DNA from: an uncultured Bacillota bacterium
GTDB lineage: Bacteria; Bacillota_I; Bacilli_A; RF39; UBA660
Direction of reading: 5' to 3'
Length of the DNA stretch: 64,000 nucleotides
Assembly (NCBI GenBank): GCA_958428295.1
Contig: CAUAFL010000004.1
Location: 9,892 to 73,891 of the forward strand
Notes under the pieces: generated by a model
Told to the model about the DNA's origin: nothing
What the model saw: only the letters and a program-made list of their open reading frames with translations
Databases searched by the model: none
Made by a program: the position numbers and the translations under genes
Shown here: positions 54,199 to 64,000 of the stretch, piece by piece
Position numbering within the stretch: the first letter of the stretch is position 1
How the letters are laid out: every line of letters starts with the position of its first letter

Positions 54199-55092
54199 TT
54201 GAATAAGGTAGTTGTTTATGATGAGGTTTTTGAAGCTTTTCATCAAGATTTAAATATTGATTTTATTAAGAAAATTTATGATAAAGATATTCATGAAATA
54301 AATATTAAAAATAATGCTGTTGTTTGTAAATCTTGGGCTTCACTTTATACTTATTTTTTAAATAAAAAGGGAATAGAAGCTGTCATTAGCCATAGTGGAA
54401 TCCATCAATATGTTACCGTTAAGACTCAAGGAAAATTATTTCGTGCTGATGCAATCCTCAGTCTTTTTGATAATACTGACAAAACTAGTATGAATGATTT
54501 AACTAGAGCAAAATTAGGCTTAAAACCACAAGGTTTTAGTGTAATACAAAAAGATCCAGAATTAGGTGTCACTTATCAAAATATTTATGATAGTAAGATA
54601 TTAATTGATCCCCGTCTCGCTCGGCAATTTGCTAACCTCGATTCCAATACTACTGCATTAATGCAACAATTAAAGGAACAGACAAGCTTCAAAATGGCAG
54701 AAATACCTGAAGAATATCAAAAATTAGAATATCGCTTTGCACTAATAGACCAATTATTATTAGAAAAAAAGTTAGACCGAATCGGAGGTATTTCCTATTT
54801 GAACACCCTCATTAGAAATCTATTAAGCAAAGAGGAACAAAAACATGTAAGCTATGCCTATATTAAAGAGTATGATGGCAGTAACTATCATTATACAGAA
54901 TTAATTAATTATGCCAAAGAAGAGCAAGATGTAAAGAAAATGAATAGTTTTTCCTCTATAATGGATGGAATTAATTTTATTTATCGTGGCAATGGACTAG
55001 AATTTTCTAGTGAGAAAAAGGTTAATAAGTTAAGAAGGATCAATGATCAAATTGATATGGAGATGCTTAATGGGAAAGGAAGAAGTAGATGA
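54199..55092 (+). CDS. Hypothetical protein (possible transglutaminase-like Cys-His core); the 5' end is probably disrupted
   Basis: 297 aa from TTG. CKSWASLY...HQYV hints at a papain/transglutaminase-like fold. The frame is open back to 54142, and a 37-aa ORF (54038-54151) precedes it in another frame. Confidence 0.45.
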   Translation: MNKVVVYDEVFEAFHQDLNIDFIKKIYDKDIHEINIKNNAVVCKSWASLYTYFLNKKGIEAVISHSGIHQYVTVKTQGKLFRADAILSLFDNTDKTSMNDLTRAKLGLKPQGFSVIQKDPELGVTYQNIYDSKILIDPRLARQFANLDSNTTALMQQLKEQTSFKMAEIPEEYQKLEYRFALIDQLLLEKKLDRIGGISYLNTLIRNLLSKEEQKHVSYAYIKEYDGSNYHYTELINYAKEEQDVKKMNSFSSIMDGINFIYRGNGLEFSSEKKVNKLRRINDQIDMEMLNGKGRSR

Positions 55093-55346
55093 AAGAGCTA
55101 AGAGAAATAGTGAAGCAAAAAATGAGTGCCTTACAGGAACAACCTATTGAAGTCCAAAAAATGGAACTTCCTAAATATCAATTGATGTTTCAAACTTTAC
55201 AAGATAATGCCTGCTTTTTCAAACTATCATTTCAAGATGCTTATGCATTATTAAGTGCATTAGACATAGAACAGCCTATTCATTATTATCAACAACTAAT
55301 CTCTATGACTGCTTATAAAAACTTACAGGAAAATTTTGAAATTTAA
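55089..55346 (+). CDS. Hypothetical protein
   Basis: 85 aa. Overlaps the upstream stop by 4 nt. Confidence 0.45.
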   Translation: MKELREIVKQKMSALQEQPIEVQKMELPKYQLMFQTLQDNACFFKLSFQDAYALLSALDIEQPIHYYQQLISMTAYKNLQENFEI

Positions 55347-55355
55347 AATTTTTTC

Positions 55356-55383
55356 TTGTCATAAATAAAAAATGTGGTACAAT
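55356..55383 (+). promoter_or_regulatory. Extended -10 promoter for tRNA-Gly(GCC)
   Basis: TTGTCA, 16 nt, with TGGTACAAT as the extended -10. Confidence 0.6.
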
Positions 55384-55399
55384 ATTATTGTATTAAATT

Positions 55400-55474
55400 G
55401 CAGATGTAGTTTAGTGGTTAGAATACGGCCTTGCCAAGGCTGTGACGGGGATTCGATTTCCCTCATCTGCTCCA
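55400..55474 (+). tRNA. tRNA-Gly (anticodon GCC)
   Basis: Acceptor GCAGATG/CATCTGC, anticodon arm CGGCC-TTGCCAA-GGCTG, GATTCGATTTC T-loop and CCA. Confidence 0.9.
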
Positions 55475-55592
55475 TTTGAAGATAACTTACGGACGATTAA
55501 AAGTTCTGTAAGTTTTTATTTTATATCAAAGAGTTAAAGCTTTCTTGTCTCAGAAAAAAAGAAAGACTTTTTTATGTTAGAACTCAAACTGT

Positions 55593-56573
55593 TTAATTGA
55601 TAAGGGGCTCAATATATTTTTGGATAAAATCTACTCTATCAAATATAGTTGGTTTAAAATATCCTGTAATTGCACAAACAAAGTTATTAGAATTATTAAT
55701 ATAGACTACATTACCACTATTTCCAATGGCTGCATATATTCCTTTTTTAGAATCTATTATCCACCATAATAATCCATAACTCATATGTCTAAATTGCCCA
55801 TCCGTTATTTGTGTTTCTTTTACCATTTCTTTTATCCATTTTTTAGATACAATTTGTTCCCCATTGTAATTACCATTATTTAAACATAACAGCCCTATTT
55901 TTGCTAAATCATTGGCAGACATACACAAACCATAACCAGCAGTTCCTACGCCTTGGGGATCACCAAACCAAATAGGATCTTTCGGCGTTTTGGACATAGT
56001 AAATTTTTTATGTTCTTCTTCTGTATCTGCTAAATAATGTTTATGTTTTATTATTCCTAATGGTTCAAATAAATATTTATTAGCAAATTCTACTGGTGTC
56101 ATATGACTTACTTTCATAATAATCCCTGTCAGTACATGAAGACACACTGTATTATATTTAAATTCATTAGTGATTCCTTTTCTACCCCCTATAAAATCCA
56201 ATGATGCAATCGTCCAATCATCACTTGAACACACTTTAACCCATGGATCATATTTACACTTTAAAGGCGCCTTCATTGTCATTAAATGTTTTATTGTAAC
56301 ATCATATATTGTCTTTTCTCCCCTTTTAACTTTATAATTTGGAAAATAATTTAGTATTTTATCATCAATACTTTTAATTAACCCTTTGTCTACACATATT
56401 CCAATCAGTAATGAAACGATACTTTTAGTAGCTGACATTATATGAACAGCATCATTTTCTTTATAATTGTTCCAAACATCAGAATATATTTTTTTATTAT
56501 CCTTATAACAAACTATCTGGCAAATATTTGGTTGTTCGTTTGATACCATATTGTAAAATTGTGCTTTTTTCAT
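55593..56573 (-). CDS. Serine hydrolase, beta-lactamase/PBP4-like family
   Basis: MSATKS is the SxxK motif, with a YNT (YxN) motif downstream. Confidence 0.7.
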   Translation of the reverse strand: MKKAQFYNMVSNEQPNICQIVCYKDNKKIYSDVWNNYKENDAVHIMSATKSIVSLLIGICVDKGLIKSIDDKILNYFPNYKVKRGEKTIYDVTIKHLMTMKAPLKCKYDPWVKVCSSDDWTIASLDFIGGRKGITNEFKYNTVCLHVLTGIIMKVSHMTPVEFANKYLFEPLGIIKHKHYLADTEEEHKKFTMSKTPKDPIWFGDPQGVGTAGYGLCMSANDLAKIGLLCLNNGNYNGEQIVSKKWIKEMVKETQITDGQFRHMSYGLLWWIIDSKKGIYAAIGNSGNVVYINNSNNFVCAITGYFKPTIFDRVDFIQKYIEPLIN

Positions 56574-56699
56574 AATTATATTTCCTTTGCAAATTATTAT
56601 TTATGGGTGAAACTATTATATCTTTTTCCACATAAATAATCTATATAGAATTGAAATTTCATAAGGTTTCATCTATGTTTTTAAAAAAGAACAAAGTTT

Positions 56700-57932
56700 T
56701 TACTTTGCTAGATACACATCATAAATATTGTGATAATTAAATTGTAATTCACGGCTAGTAAAAACTTTCTGTAAGTTTTTAACTTGACTATATTGATAGA
56801 TAGTATCTTTTTCAATATAGTAAACAATCCTATTAACTACTTTTACTTCTTTAAACGCTTTACCACTAATCAATAAAATTGGTTGGTTTTGGTATCCTTT
56901 ATAACTTACATATAACTGATTTTTATCTATAAAGTAATAACAATTTAAGTCTTGATAGATTTGGGCTTTAGGGTAGTTTTTTTCAATCTTTTCTACTTTT
57001 ACTGTGCTAGGAAAGGTTAATTTCTCGGTTTTAAAGTTATATATATTTTTTTTATGCCAGTTCCCTTGATAATAGAGCCCATTGTTAGTTTTATCCCCTA
57101 TTAATTCTATTTTTTGCTTTGATGGAGTCAAACGATATTCTTTTAGATTGTCCCGATCAAATAAATAGGCACTCTTATCAACGACTCCTAAAAAATAACT
57201 ATCTTTAGAAATAGCCTCTTGTAATTTCCATTCCTTAGACCGGCCCGTTTTAATATTGATGAGATAAAATTTCGTATAGTCGTATTCCTCATCACTATTA
57301 GCTAGCATATAAATATTTCCTACTAAGATCCCATATTGGTTTTCGTACTGATCTTTATGCAATAATTTAATCATTTTAGCACTATCATCTTTTAAATAGT
57401 AGAGTCCTTGATAGGCCCAAACTATTAAATGCTTATTTTCTAACGTTTTAGGATAGTAGTTTATAGCTTTATATTTGACACTAAGATTAGTATTCGATAA
57501 TGTTATATTTTCTTTTTGAAGTCGCTTTTCTATTTTTTGTGCTAAGTTGTGATTACGCTCTACTAAAATATCATAGCTAAATTCCTCTTTTCCATCGTAA
57601 CAGTGAAGATAGCTTTGTTTTTTATCAAGCAAAATAGGATATAAACAGGTGGTTTGTCCTTCTGTTTCAGCTATTATTTTAGTGACAATTTGTTTTTGTT
57701 TATGATAATTATAGATATATTGAAAATGAAATTTTTTATCTTTAGCACGAATTTGTATTGTATATACTGGTTGTTTACTGACAACTTCAAAATTCTCTTT
57801 GATTTGATAGGTTACTTTTTTATCTTTTATATTATAATCAACCTGATGTCTTTGAATTAAACATGTAATTAACCACTGAAATCCTATCAGACAAAGGAAG
57901 ATAAGAGCCAATGTTTTAAAAGTTTTTTTCAT
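56700..57932 (-). CDS. Membrane-anchored hypothetical protein
   Basis: N-terminal TM helix, then a Tyr/Lys-rich beta-like ectodomain. Confidence 0.45.
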   Translation of the reverse strand: MKKTFKTLALIFLCLIGFQWLITCLIQRHQVDYNIKDKKVTYQIKENFEVVSKQPVYTIQIRAKDKKFHFQYIYNYHKQKQIVTKIIAETEGQTTCLYPILLDKKQSYLHCYDGKEEFSYDILVERNHNLAQKIEKRLQKENITLSNTNLSVKYKAINYYPKTLENKHLIVWAYQGLYYLKDDSAKMIKLLHKDQYENQYGILVGNIYMLANSDEEYDYTKFYLINIKTGRSKEWKLQEAISKDSYFLGVVDKSAYLFDRDNLKEYRLTPSKQKIELIGDKTNNGLYYQGNWHKKNIYNFKTEKLTFPSTVKVEKIEKNYPKAQIYQDLNCYYFIDKNQLYVSYKGYQNQPILLISGKAFKEVKVVNRIVYYIEKDTIYQYSQVKNLQKVFTSRELQFNYHNIYDVYLAK

Positions 57933-57984
57933 ACTTCTAACCTCTTATTTATTGTACCATTATTTTAAATAAAGAAAAATGCCT

Positions 57985-58455
57985 TTAAGCATTTTCTTTA
58001 TCATCAGGAAGTTCTTCCGGTTTTTCTTCATTGTTTTTCTTACGGATCATAAAGACGGATATTTTCTTTTCAATCTCTGTCAAGGCCCGTTTATCAATAT
58101 TACTTAATACGACAAATTCTTTAATGGTATCAATCTCTAATTTTCCCCATAGAATACCGCTTTTGACTTTTAAATCATTAAACATTCTGGGTGTAATACT
58201 ATCAAAGAAATAACCAATTACGACACGATCCCGTCCAATTAAGAGTCGTTTATTGGTTAGGGCAATGACGCCCGTTCCTAGTATATTAAGGGGGTTATCA
58301 TTTTTTTGGGCATAAAAAGCATACTGAATTTCTTCATCATCATATAGATGCTCTAGGATGATTTTGGCATTTTTCTTTAAACGCCAGCCAACAGTTAGAA
58401 AATATTTGGCTTTAAAGTCTTTTAACATTTCCATTAGCTGCTGTTCTTGATTCAT
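57985..58455 (-). CDS. Bacterial PH-domain (YokE-like) protein
   Basis: GVIALTNKRLLIG and KVKSGILWGKLEID resemble bPH domains. Confidence 0.4.
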   Translation of the reverse strand: MNQEQQLMEMLKDFKAKYFLTVGWRLKKNAKIILEHLYDDEEIQYAFYAQKNDNPLNILGTGVIALTNKRLLIGRDRVVIGYFFDSITPRMFNDLKVKSGILWGKLEIDTIKEFVVLSNIDKRALTEIEKKISVFMIRKKNNEEKPEELPDDKENA

Positions 58456-58470
58456 ATTTTCACATCCTTA

Positions 58471-59016
58471 CTATTCATTAATAAAGCCTTGGTCTTTGAA
58501 GAATGAAACTAAGTTATCTTTGGCTGTTAGTCCCTCTTTTTTGGCAATAATTTTTCCATTTTGAACAATGAGAGTTAATGGTGTGCCATATCCTTCACTA
58601 AAATAGTCATCAGATTTGATTAATTTAGTCTGTCCTTCATCATCTAACTCATCGGTATTTAAGTAATTTACAGTAATACCATATTCATAGACGATATTTT
58701 TGATGATAGGATCTTGTTGCTCACAGTAGTGACAAGTTGGTCTAGAAATATAAATAATAGCCTTGTCCTCTCCTTCTTTTAAGGATAGATATTTGCTTAT
58801 GTTAATTTCATTTAATTCCTTTTGTTCACTTTCAGGAATATCACTAGTACTATCTGAGTTAACATTATCATTGTTATTAGTTGTAGTGGTAGTATTTGTT
58901 TTACCACTTTTACAGCTTTTTAATTCTGAAGCACAGTAACTAGCTCCGAATACAATGATTAACGATAAGACAATAATGGCCGTTGTTTTTATATTCTCGA
59001 TGGTTTTTTTATGCAT
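58471..59016 (-). CDS. Membrane-anchored thioredoxin-like protein
   Basis: N-terminal TM helix and a RPTCHYC CxxC active site within a thioredoxin fold. Confidence 0.7.
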   Translation of the reverse strand: MHKKTIENIKTTAIIVLSLIIVFGASYCASELKSCKSGKTNTTTTTNNNDNVNSDSTSDIPESEQKELNEINISKYLSLKEGEDKAIIYISRPTCHYCEQQDPIIKNIVYEYGITVNYLNTDELDDEGQTKLIKSDDYFSEGYGTPLTLIVQNGKIIAKKEGLTAKDNLVSFFKDQGFINE

Positions 59017-59356
59017 TTTTTATTCCTCCTAGCAGTTATTATATCATAAGTTAATTATTTTTCGTAGTTTCATCGACAAATTTCTTGAATTTTTCATATT
59101 TTAAACTTATCAGTAGTAGTTTTAGTTAGGCTTTAGAAGCCCTCCGTTGCTGGAATTTTTCGTACACCTCCTTTTTGATCCATATTCAATAGAGTAGCTT
59201 CTTATTAGTAGATGCACGCTTAAAAGAAGCAAGTAATTGAATTACCATGAGGCCTAAAGTGAGATTTATTTTAGTATTAGAAAAGAAAGATTGTCGAGAA
59301 TTTGTAGACAAGTTTTTGAGGTTTTGTCATAAGGTGTACAAGAAAGGATGATGCAA

Positions 59357-60265
59357 ATGCCAGTGATTGGACTACCTAAGGGACTTCTTTACTATCATTA
59401 TCAAGTGTTGTGGAAAGCTTTTTTTGATGCTTTAGAAGTACCCTATGTTACTAGTGAAAATAGTAATTTAGAAATTTTAGAGATGGGCAAACGCAAGTGT
59501 GTAGATGAGGCTTGCTTATCCTTGAAACTGTATATTGGCCATGTAGAGAGTTTACATGATAAATGTGATTATATTTTAATTCCTCGTATCTTTTCACTCG
59601 TAAAAACAGAACAAGTGTGTACCAATTTTAATTGTTTATATGATCTTGTTCATAACTTATATCCAGAACTTACTATTTTAAACTATAATATTGATGTCAA
59701 ACGGCATCACAGTGAAAAAAGTGCTTTTTTAAAAATAGGTAAGGAATTAGGGTTTAGTATTATAGAGACCTTACATGCTTATCAAAAGGCCAAAGAAGTC
59801 GCCAGTGTTTATCAACAACAGTTGGTTACTAGTGGGGAAAAAAAGTTACATGCCGATACTATCAAAATATTATTGTTAGGACATCCTTATAATCTGTTTG
59901 ATCCATTAGTTGGAGGACGCATTAGCAGTTATTTAGAAGAACGAGGAATTACTTTAATTTACAGTAATGAAATGCCAAAGGATAAAGTAGATATTTATGT
60001 TAAAAAGATTTCTCCCAAAGTACACTGGACAATGAATAAAGAATTATTAGCGGCTTTTGTTTACTTTAAGCCACAAGTTGATGGTGTTATTTTAATTAGT
60101 GCCTTCCCATGTGGGCCAGATTCTTTAACGAATGAGATGATGCTTAGAAAACGTGGTGACAGTAAAGTATTATTACTTACCTTTGAAGATTTAAGTAGTG
60201 ATGTAGCCATTTTAACACGTTTAGAAAGCTTTCTTGATATGCTTAAGGGAGGGATTCATCTATGA
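59357..60265 (+). CDS. Acyl-CoA dehydratase activase-related protein (DUF2229-type)
   Basis: First gene of a three-gene, stop/start-overlapping cluster. N-terminal PVIGLPKGLLYYHY is typical of this family. Confidence 0.6.
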   Translation: MPVIGLPKGLLYYHYQVLWKAFFDALEVPYVTSENSNLEILEMGKRKCVDEACLSLKLYIGHVESLHDKCDYILIPRIFSLVKTEQVCTNFNCLYDLVHNLYPELTILNYNIDVKRHHSEKSAFLKIGKELGFSIIETLHAYQKAKEVASVYQQQLVTSGEKKLHADTIKILLLGHPYNLFDPLVGGRISSYLEERGITLIYSNEMPKDKVDIYVKKISPKVHWTMNKELLAAFVYFKPQVDGVILISAFPCGPDSLTNEMMLRKRGDSKVLLLTFEDLSSDVAILTRLESFLDMLKGGIHL

Positions 60266-61332
60266 AAAAGGTGTTAGCCTTTCCACAATTAGGAGATTAT
60301 TTTCATCCGATTAAAAAATTTATTAAAAATGTTACCGGTCTTAGTGTTTTAGAGGTTCCCCCTATTACTAAAAAAACAATCGCTTTAGGTAGTAAATATA
60401 GTCCTGATTCGGTGTGTGTGCCATTTAAATATAACTTAGGCAATTTTATTGAAGCCCTAGAGGGGGGCGCTAATATTTTGTTTCAAGCGGGCGGCGGTTG
60501 CCGCTATCGTTATTATGCAGAAGTGCAGGAGACGATTTTACGAGATTTAGGCTATGATTTTACTTTTATTCAGATTATTGAACGTGATCATTTACGACTA
60601 AAGGAATTTTATCAAATTTTCTTAAATTTAAATCCTCATTTAACAAAAAGACGATTCTTTCATCAGGCAGTCATGGCTTTATTATATATTCGTTATTTAG
60701 ATAAGATTGATGCTCTTATTCGCTCACGGATTGGTTTTGAAGTGGAAAAGGACGCTTTCTTAAAACTTAAAAAGCGCTTTATTCAGGCAAGTGATAAAGC
60801 AACGAGTTTATGGCAGTTAAATCGCTTTTTCCATCATTACCGGAAAGAAGTTAAGAACACATCTATTCATAAACCTAAACACTGTCTGAAAGTTGGTATT
60901 ATTGGTGAATTGTACACTGCTATGGAATCTTTTTCTAACTATGAATTAGAGAAGATGTTAGCTAGTTATCATATCGAAATTAAACGCTTTACTAATCTTA
61001 GTTATTTATTGTGGCAAAAAGCTTTATTACTGCCACATATCAAAAGAACCTGTAAACATTATTGCAAATATACTTTAGGCGCTGATGGTCTTGATAATGT
61101 GTACCGCGTATTATGGCTTAAAAAACACGGTTTTGATGGCGTTATCCACACCAAACCTACGGGTTGTACGCCAGAAATTGGAGCCTTACCTATTATTATG
61201 AAAGCTGCCAAAGAACAAAGTTTGCCGATTATCTTCTTATCTTTTGATGAACAAACTGGCATCGAGGGATTACAGACACGTATTGAAGCGTTTTATGATT
61301 TATTACAAATACGAAAGGAGAAAAAACAATGA
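60262..61332 (+). CDS. 2-hydroxyacyl-CoA dehydratase-like / activase-associated protein
   Basis: KYSPDSVCVPFKYNLG and TKPTGCTPE motifs. Overlaps both neighbours by 4 nt. Confidence 0.6.
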   Translation: MKKVLAFPQLGDYFHPIKKFIKNVTGLSVLEVPPITKKTIALGSKYSPDSVCVPFKYNLGNFIEALEGGANILFQAGGGCRYRYYAEVQETILRDLGYDFTFIQIIERDHLRLKEFYQIFLNLNPHLTKRRFFHQAVMALLYIRYLDKIDALIRSRIGFEVEKDAFLKLKKRFIQASDKATSLWQLNRFFHHYRKEVKNTSIHKPKHCLKVGIIGELYTAMESFSNYELEKMLASYHIEIKRFTNLSYLLWQKALLLPHIKRTCKHYCKYTLGADGLDNVYRVLWLKKHGFDGVIHTKPTGCTPEIGALPIIMKAAKEQSLPIIFLSFDEQTGIEGLQTRIEAFYDLLQIRKEKKQ

Positions 61333-62276
61333 AAGCTTATTTAGGAATAGACATTGGGTCAATTTCCACAAAGGGAGTAATCATTGATGAACAGGAACAA
61401 TTACTGGCTAGTACTTATTTGTGGACAGAAGGAAATCCCGTCGCAGCAGTAAAAAAGGTCTTAGCGGATTTAGCAGAACAAGCGAAAAATTTAAAGGTTA
61501 AGATTGTGGGGGTAGGAACAACTGGGTCGGCTCGAAAATTAATTGGTACGATGTTAGGAGCATGCAGTATTAAAAATGAAATTACGGCTCATGCGATTGG
61601 GACTCTTTCCCTCTATCCTGAGGTTCGTACAATTATTGAAATTGGAGGACAAGATTCTAAAATTATTTTATTAGAAGATGGTATAGTGACCGATTATGCG
61701 ATGAATACACTATGTGCCGCTGGAACGGGAAGTTTTTTATCTAGTCAAGCAAAGCGGTTGGGAATTCAAGTAGAAGAGTTCGGCAAAATTGCTCTTACGA
61801 GCAAGAAACCCACGAATATTGCGGCACGTTGTACTGTATTTGCTGAGAGTGATTTAGTTCATAAAATTCAGATGGGCTACCAGCGACAAGATATCATTGC
61901 TGGTCTTTGTTATAGTGTTGCGCTTAACTATTTGAATAACGTTGCCAAAGGCAAAAAAATTGTTGGACCGATTATATTCCAAGGGGGTGTTAGTAAAAAC
62001 ATTGGTGTCCAAAAAGCCTTTGAGGATATTTTACAAACAACGATTATTACAGATGAAAATGGCCATTTAATGGGGGCTTTAGGCAGTGCTATTCTTGCTA
62101 AAAATACAAAGCAAGAGCAAGTATTCGATTTTAATATCTCTAATGCTTCTTTTGAAACACTTGGTGTAGAATGTTCAGGATGTCCTAATCATTGTGAGGT
62201 GGTAATTGTTAAAAAAGATGGTAAAAAATTAGATGCCTGGGGGAATCGCTGCCCTAAGGGTGCCTTGTTAAAGTAA
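61329..62276 (+). CDS. BadF/BadG/BcrA/BcrD-type ATPase (CoA-substrate-specific enzyme activase)
   Basis: LGIDIGSISTKGV, IGGQDSK, CAAGTGSF and a C-terminal CSGCPNHC...CPKG cluster. Confidence 0.8.
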   Translation: MKAYLGIDIGSISTKGVIIDEQEQLLASTYLWTEGNPVAAVKKVLADLAEQAKNLKVKIVGVGTTGSARKLIGTMLGACSIKNEITAHAIGTLSLYPEVRTIIEIGGQDSKIILLEDGIVTDYAMNTLCAAGTGSFLSSQAKRLGIQVEEFGKIALTSKKPTNIAARCTVFAESDLVHKIQMGYQRQDIIAGLCYSVALNYLNNVAKGKKIVGPIIFQGGVSKNIGVQKAFEDILQTTIITDENGHLMGALGSAILAKNTKQEQVFDFNISNASFETLGVECSGCPNHCEVVIVKKDGKKLDAWGNRCPKGALLK

Positions 62277-62311
62277 TTCTAATTTGTTATAATATTTAAT
62301 GAGGGAAAGCT

Positions 62312-63193
62312 ATGGCGAAAAAGAAACAACAACAGCCTTTATCACGGGTAACGTATCAGGCGATAAAACGAAAAGAATTAAAAAAAGTAACTCGCTTAAA
62401 AACGAGTGTTTTTTGGGTTTTGCTAGGCCTATGTTTAACATTACTCATTAGTTGTGGCTATCAACTATGGCACTGGTCAAATGATAATAAAGGTATTAAA
62501 AAAATCATTTCTGATTTAGCAAAAGAAGTAAAACAAACGGAAGTTTTAGAAACTGGGGATTTAGTCAATCCCCCTGATGAAAAAGACAACGATTATTGGC
62601 AATATATTAAAGTTCCCTTTTTAGAGGTTGACTTTACCAATTTACAAAAGAAAAACCTCGATACTGTCGCTTTTATTCATATGGAAAATAGTAATATCAA
62701 TTATCCCGTGGTCCAAGCAAAAGATAATGATTATTACTTAACCCATGCCTTTGACAAAAGTAAAAATGATGCCGGTTGGGTTTATATGGATTATCGTAAT
62801 AACAGTCAAGAACTAGCAGATAATACGATTATTTATGGTCATGGACGACTAGATACTACGGTATTTGGATCGTTGAAAAATGTTTTAACAAAAAAATGGC
62901 AAACTAATAAGAACAATTACAGTATTCGTCTTTCTACTCCTTTTGTTAATTATGTTTTTCAAATTTTTTCTATTTATACTATTCAGGAGGAAAGTTATTA
63001 TATTCAAACTAGTTTTAAAACAACTGCTTCTAAGGAAAAATGGTTAACTACTATGAAAGAGCGTAATCAAGCGCCAATTGATACCGCAGTCAATAATAAC
63101 GATAAAATATTAACGCTTTCTACTTGTCAAAATAATCAAGGAGGACGAATTGTAGTTCATGCTAAACTGATTAAACAACAAATTAGAAACTAA
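62312..63193 (+). CDS. srtB: Class B sortase
   Basis: N-terminal TM anchor, IYGH, TLSTC catalytic cysteine and a downstream conserved Arg. Confidence 0.8.
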   Translation: MAKKKQQQPLSRVTYQAIKRKELKKVTRLKTSVFWVLLGLCLTLLISCGYQLWHWSNDNKGIKKIISDLAKEVKQTEVLETGDLVNPPDEKDNDYWQYIKVPFLEVDFTNLQKKNLDTVAFIHMENSNINYPVVQAKDNDYYLTHAFDKSKNDAGWVYMDYRNNSQELADNTIIYGHGRLDTTVFGSLKNVLTKKWQTNKNNYSIRLSTPFVNYVFQIFSIYTIQEESYYIQTSFKTTASKEKWLTTMKERNQAPIDTAVNNNDKILTLSTCQNNQGGRIVVHAKLIKQQIRN

Positions 63194-63205
63194 AAAAATG
63201 CTTTT

Positions 63206-63928
63206 TTATAAGGAAAGCATTTTTTTGTTTTTAACATATTCTTTTCCCTGTATTTTAAATTGATACTCGGGATTTACTAAATTTTCTAATTGGGTCTTTG
63301 TATAGTAAATTGGGTGTTGTAATTGATATATTTCATGAAAAGAGATGATTTTGTCAACAAATGGTTCCCGCTGTTGTTGTTTTAATTCTTTAAATAATTG
63401 TTCGAAAGATTTAGGAACATCACTCGTTTTTGGTTTCCTGATGGCTAATACATCATAGATTGGTTCCTCTTCTTTGGCTAATTTAACAATTGCTAAATTT
63501 GATTCTAGTCTTTTTTGCCGTTTTTGATCTAAAGAAATAATATTGGCAAAATAAAGTTCGGTACTAGAAAATATCTCTTCCATATAAAATCCTTGCGTGC
63601 TGGAATTGTACTCAGGATTTACTAAATCAGCTAATTGCCCTACCGAAAAATAGATAGGTTTTTTTAGTTGATACACTTCTTGAAAAGATATCATTCGATC
63701 AAGAGTAGGTTGTAAACCTTTACGCATTTCTTTACTAATCAATGTTGCAGGATCATTGATAAAATCATGAAAATTAGAATGTTGTAAGGCGATGACTTGA
63801 TAAGTTAGATCATCTTTTGATTGAATAACTGCTAAATTATGTTTTGTTTCTGGTCTTCGTTCATTATGCCAAGTAATCTTAGCATAATAAAGTTCTGCAC
63901 TAGATAGCTTTTCATTCCGTTGCTGCAT
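63206..63928 (-). CDS. Hypothetical protein built from two tandem homologous halves
   Basis: Residues about 10-115 and about 125-235 align with each other (ELYYAKI.../ELYFANI... and ISFQEVYQLKKPIYFSVGQLADLVNPEY / ISFHEIYQLQHPIYYTKTQLENLVNPEY). Confidence 0.5.
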   Translation of the reverse strand: MQQRNEKLSSAELYYAKITWHNERRPETKHNLAVIQSKDDLTYQVIALQHSNFHDFINDPATLISKEMRKGLQPTLDRMISFQEVYQLKKPIYFSVGQLADLVNPEYNSSTQGFYMEEIFSSTELYFANIISLDQKRQKRLESNLAIVKLAKEEEPIYDVLAIRKPKTSDVPKSFEQLFKELKQQQREPFVDKIISFHEIYQLQHPIYYTKTQLENLVNPEYQFKIQGKEYVKNKKMLSL

Positions 63929-64000
63929 TTTACTACTCCTTTGTTAATAAGTGTTGTTATTTTAACACCCTTTGCTAAATTTGTCAAAATAACAAGACAG

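Noticed and set aside
59017-59347. 330-bp gap upstream of the activase-like operon, considered as a riboswitch or sRNA
   Set aside because: It contains only a weak GGCTT/AAGCC hairpin and a 16-codon ORF without an SD. I recognise no conserved riboswitch core.

Overview
This window looks like a chromosomal segment of a low-GC, spore-forming Firmicute. Two conserved backbone stretches surround a large accessory region. Backbone 1 (about 5.6-14.8 kb, minus strand) has the Bacillus-like order rpsU, yqfC, yqfD, vanZ-like, ybeY, dgkA, era, yqzL, recO, a PAP2-DgkA fusion, a LOG-family gene, glyQS and a C26 amidotransferase. Backbone 2 (about 43-64 kb) is rich in DNA-repair genes: uvdE, an MGMT-like gene, a MutY-glycosylase fusion, ogt and tag. 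It also carries valS behind a T-box, four tRNAs, a CoA-activase-like trio and sortase B. Accessory DNA lies in three places. (i) 1-5.6 kb holds an XRE/DUF4145 pair, an IS4-like IS and phage remnants. (ii) 14.9-18.3 kb is a double-glycine bacteriocin locus whose two peptide genes are too short for the ORF track. (iii) 18.8-42.9 kb holds adjacent Type III and Type II R-M systems. To their right is what I read as a head-to-tail array of three Tn4451-like large-serine-recombinase elements stacked against tRNA-Gly(UCC). An SF1 helicase-nuclease fusion gene lies beyond the tRNA. The element cargo is the most unusual content: a Ppx/GppA-like ASKHA protein paired with a very divergent PurA-family enzyme, a DUF3800 gene pair, an orphan promoter-terminator unit, and a HAD-nucleotidase-like/amidotransferase pair. 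All family assignments come from motif recognition by eye; no searches were run.
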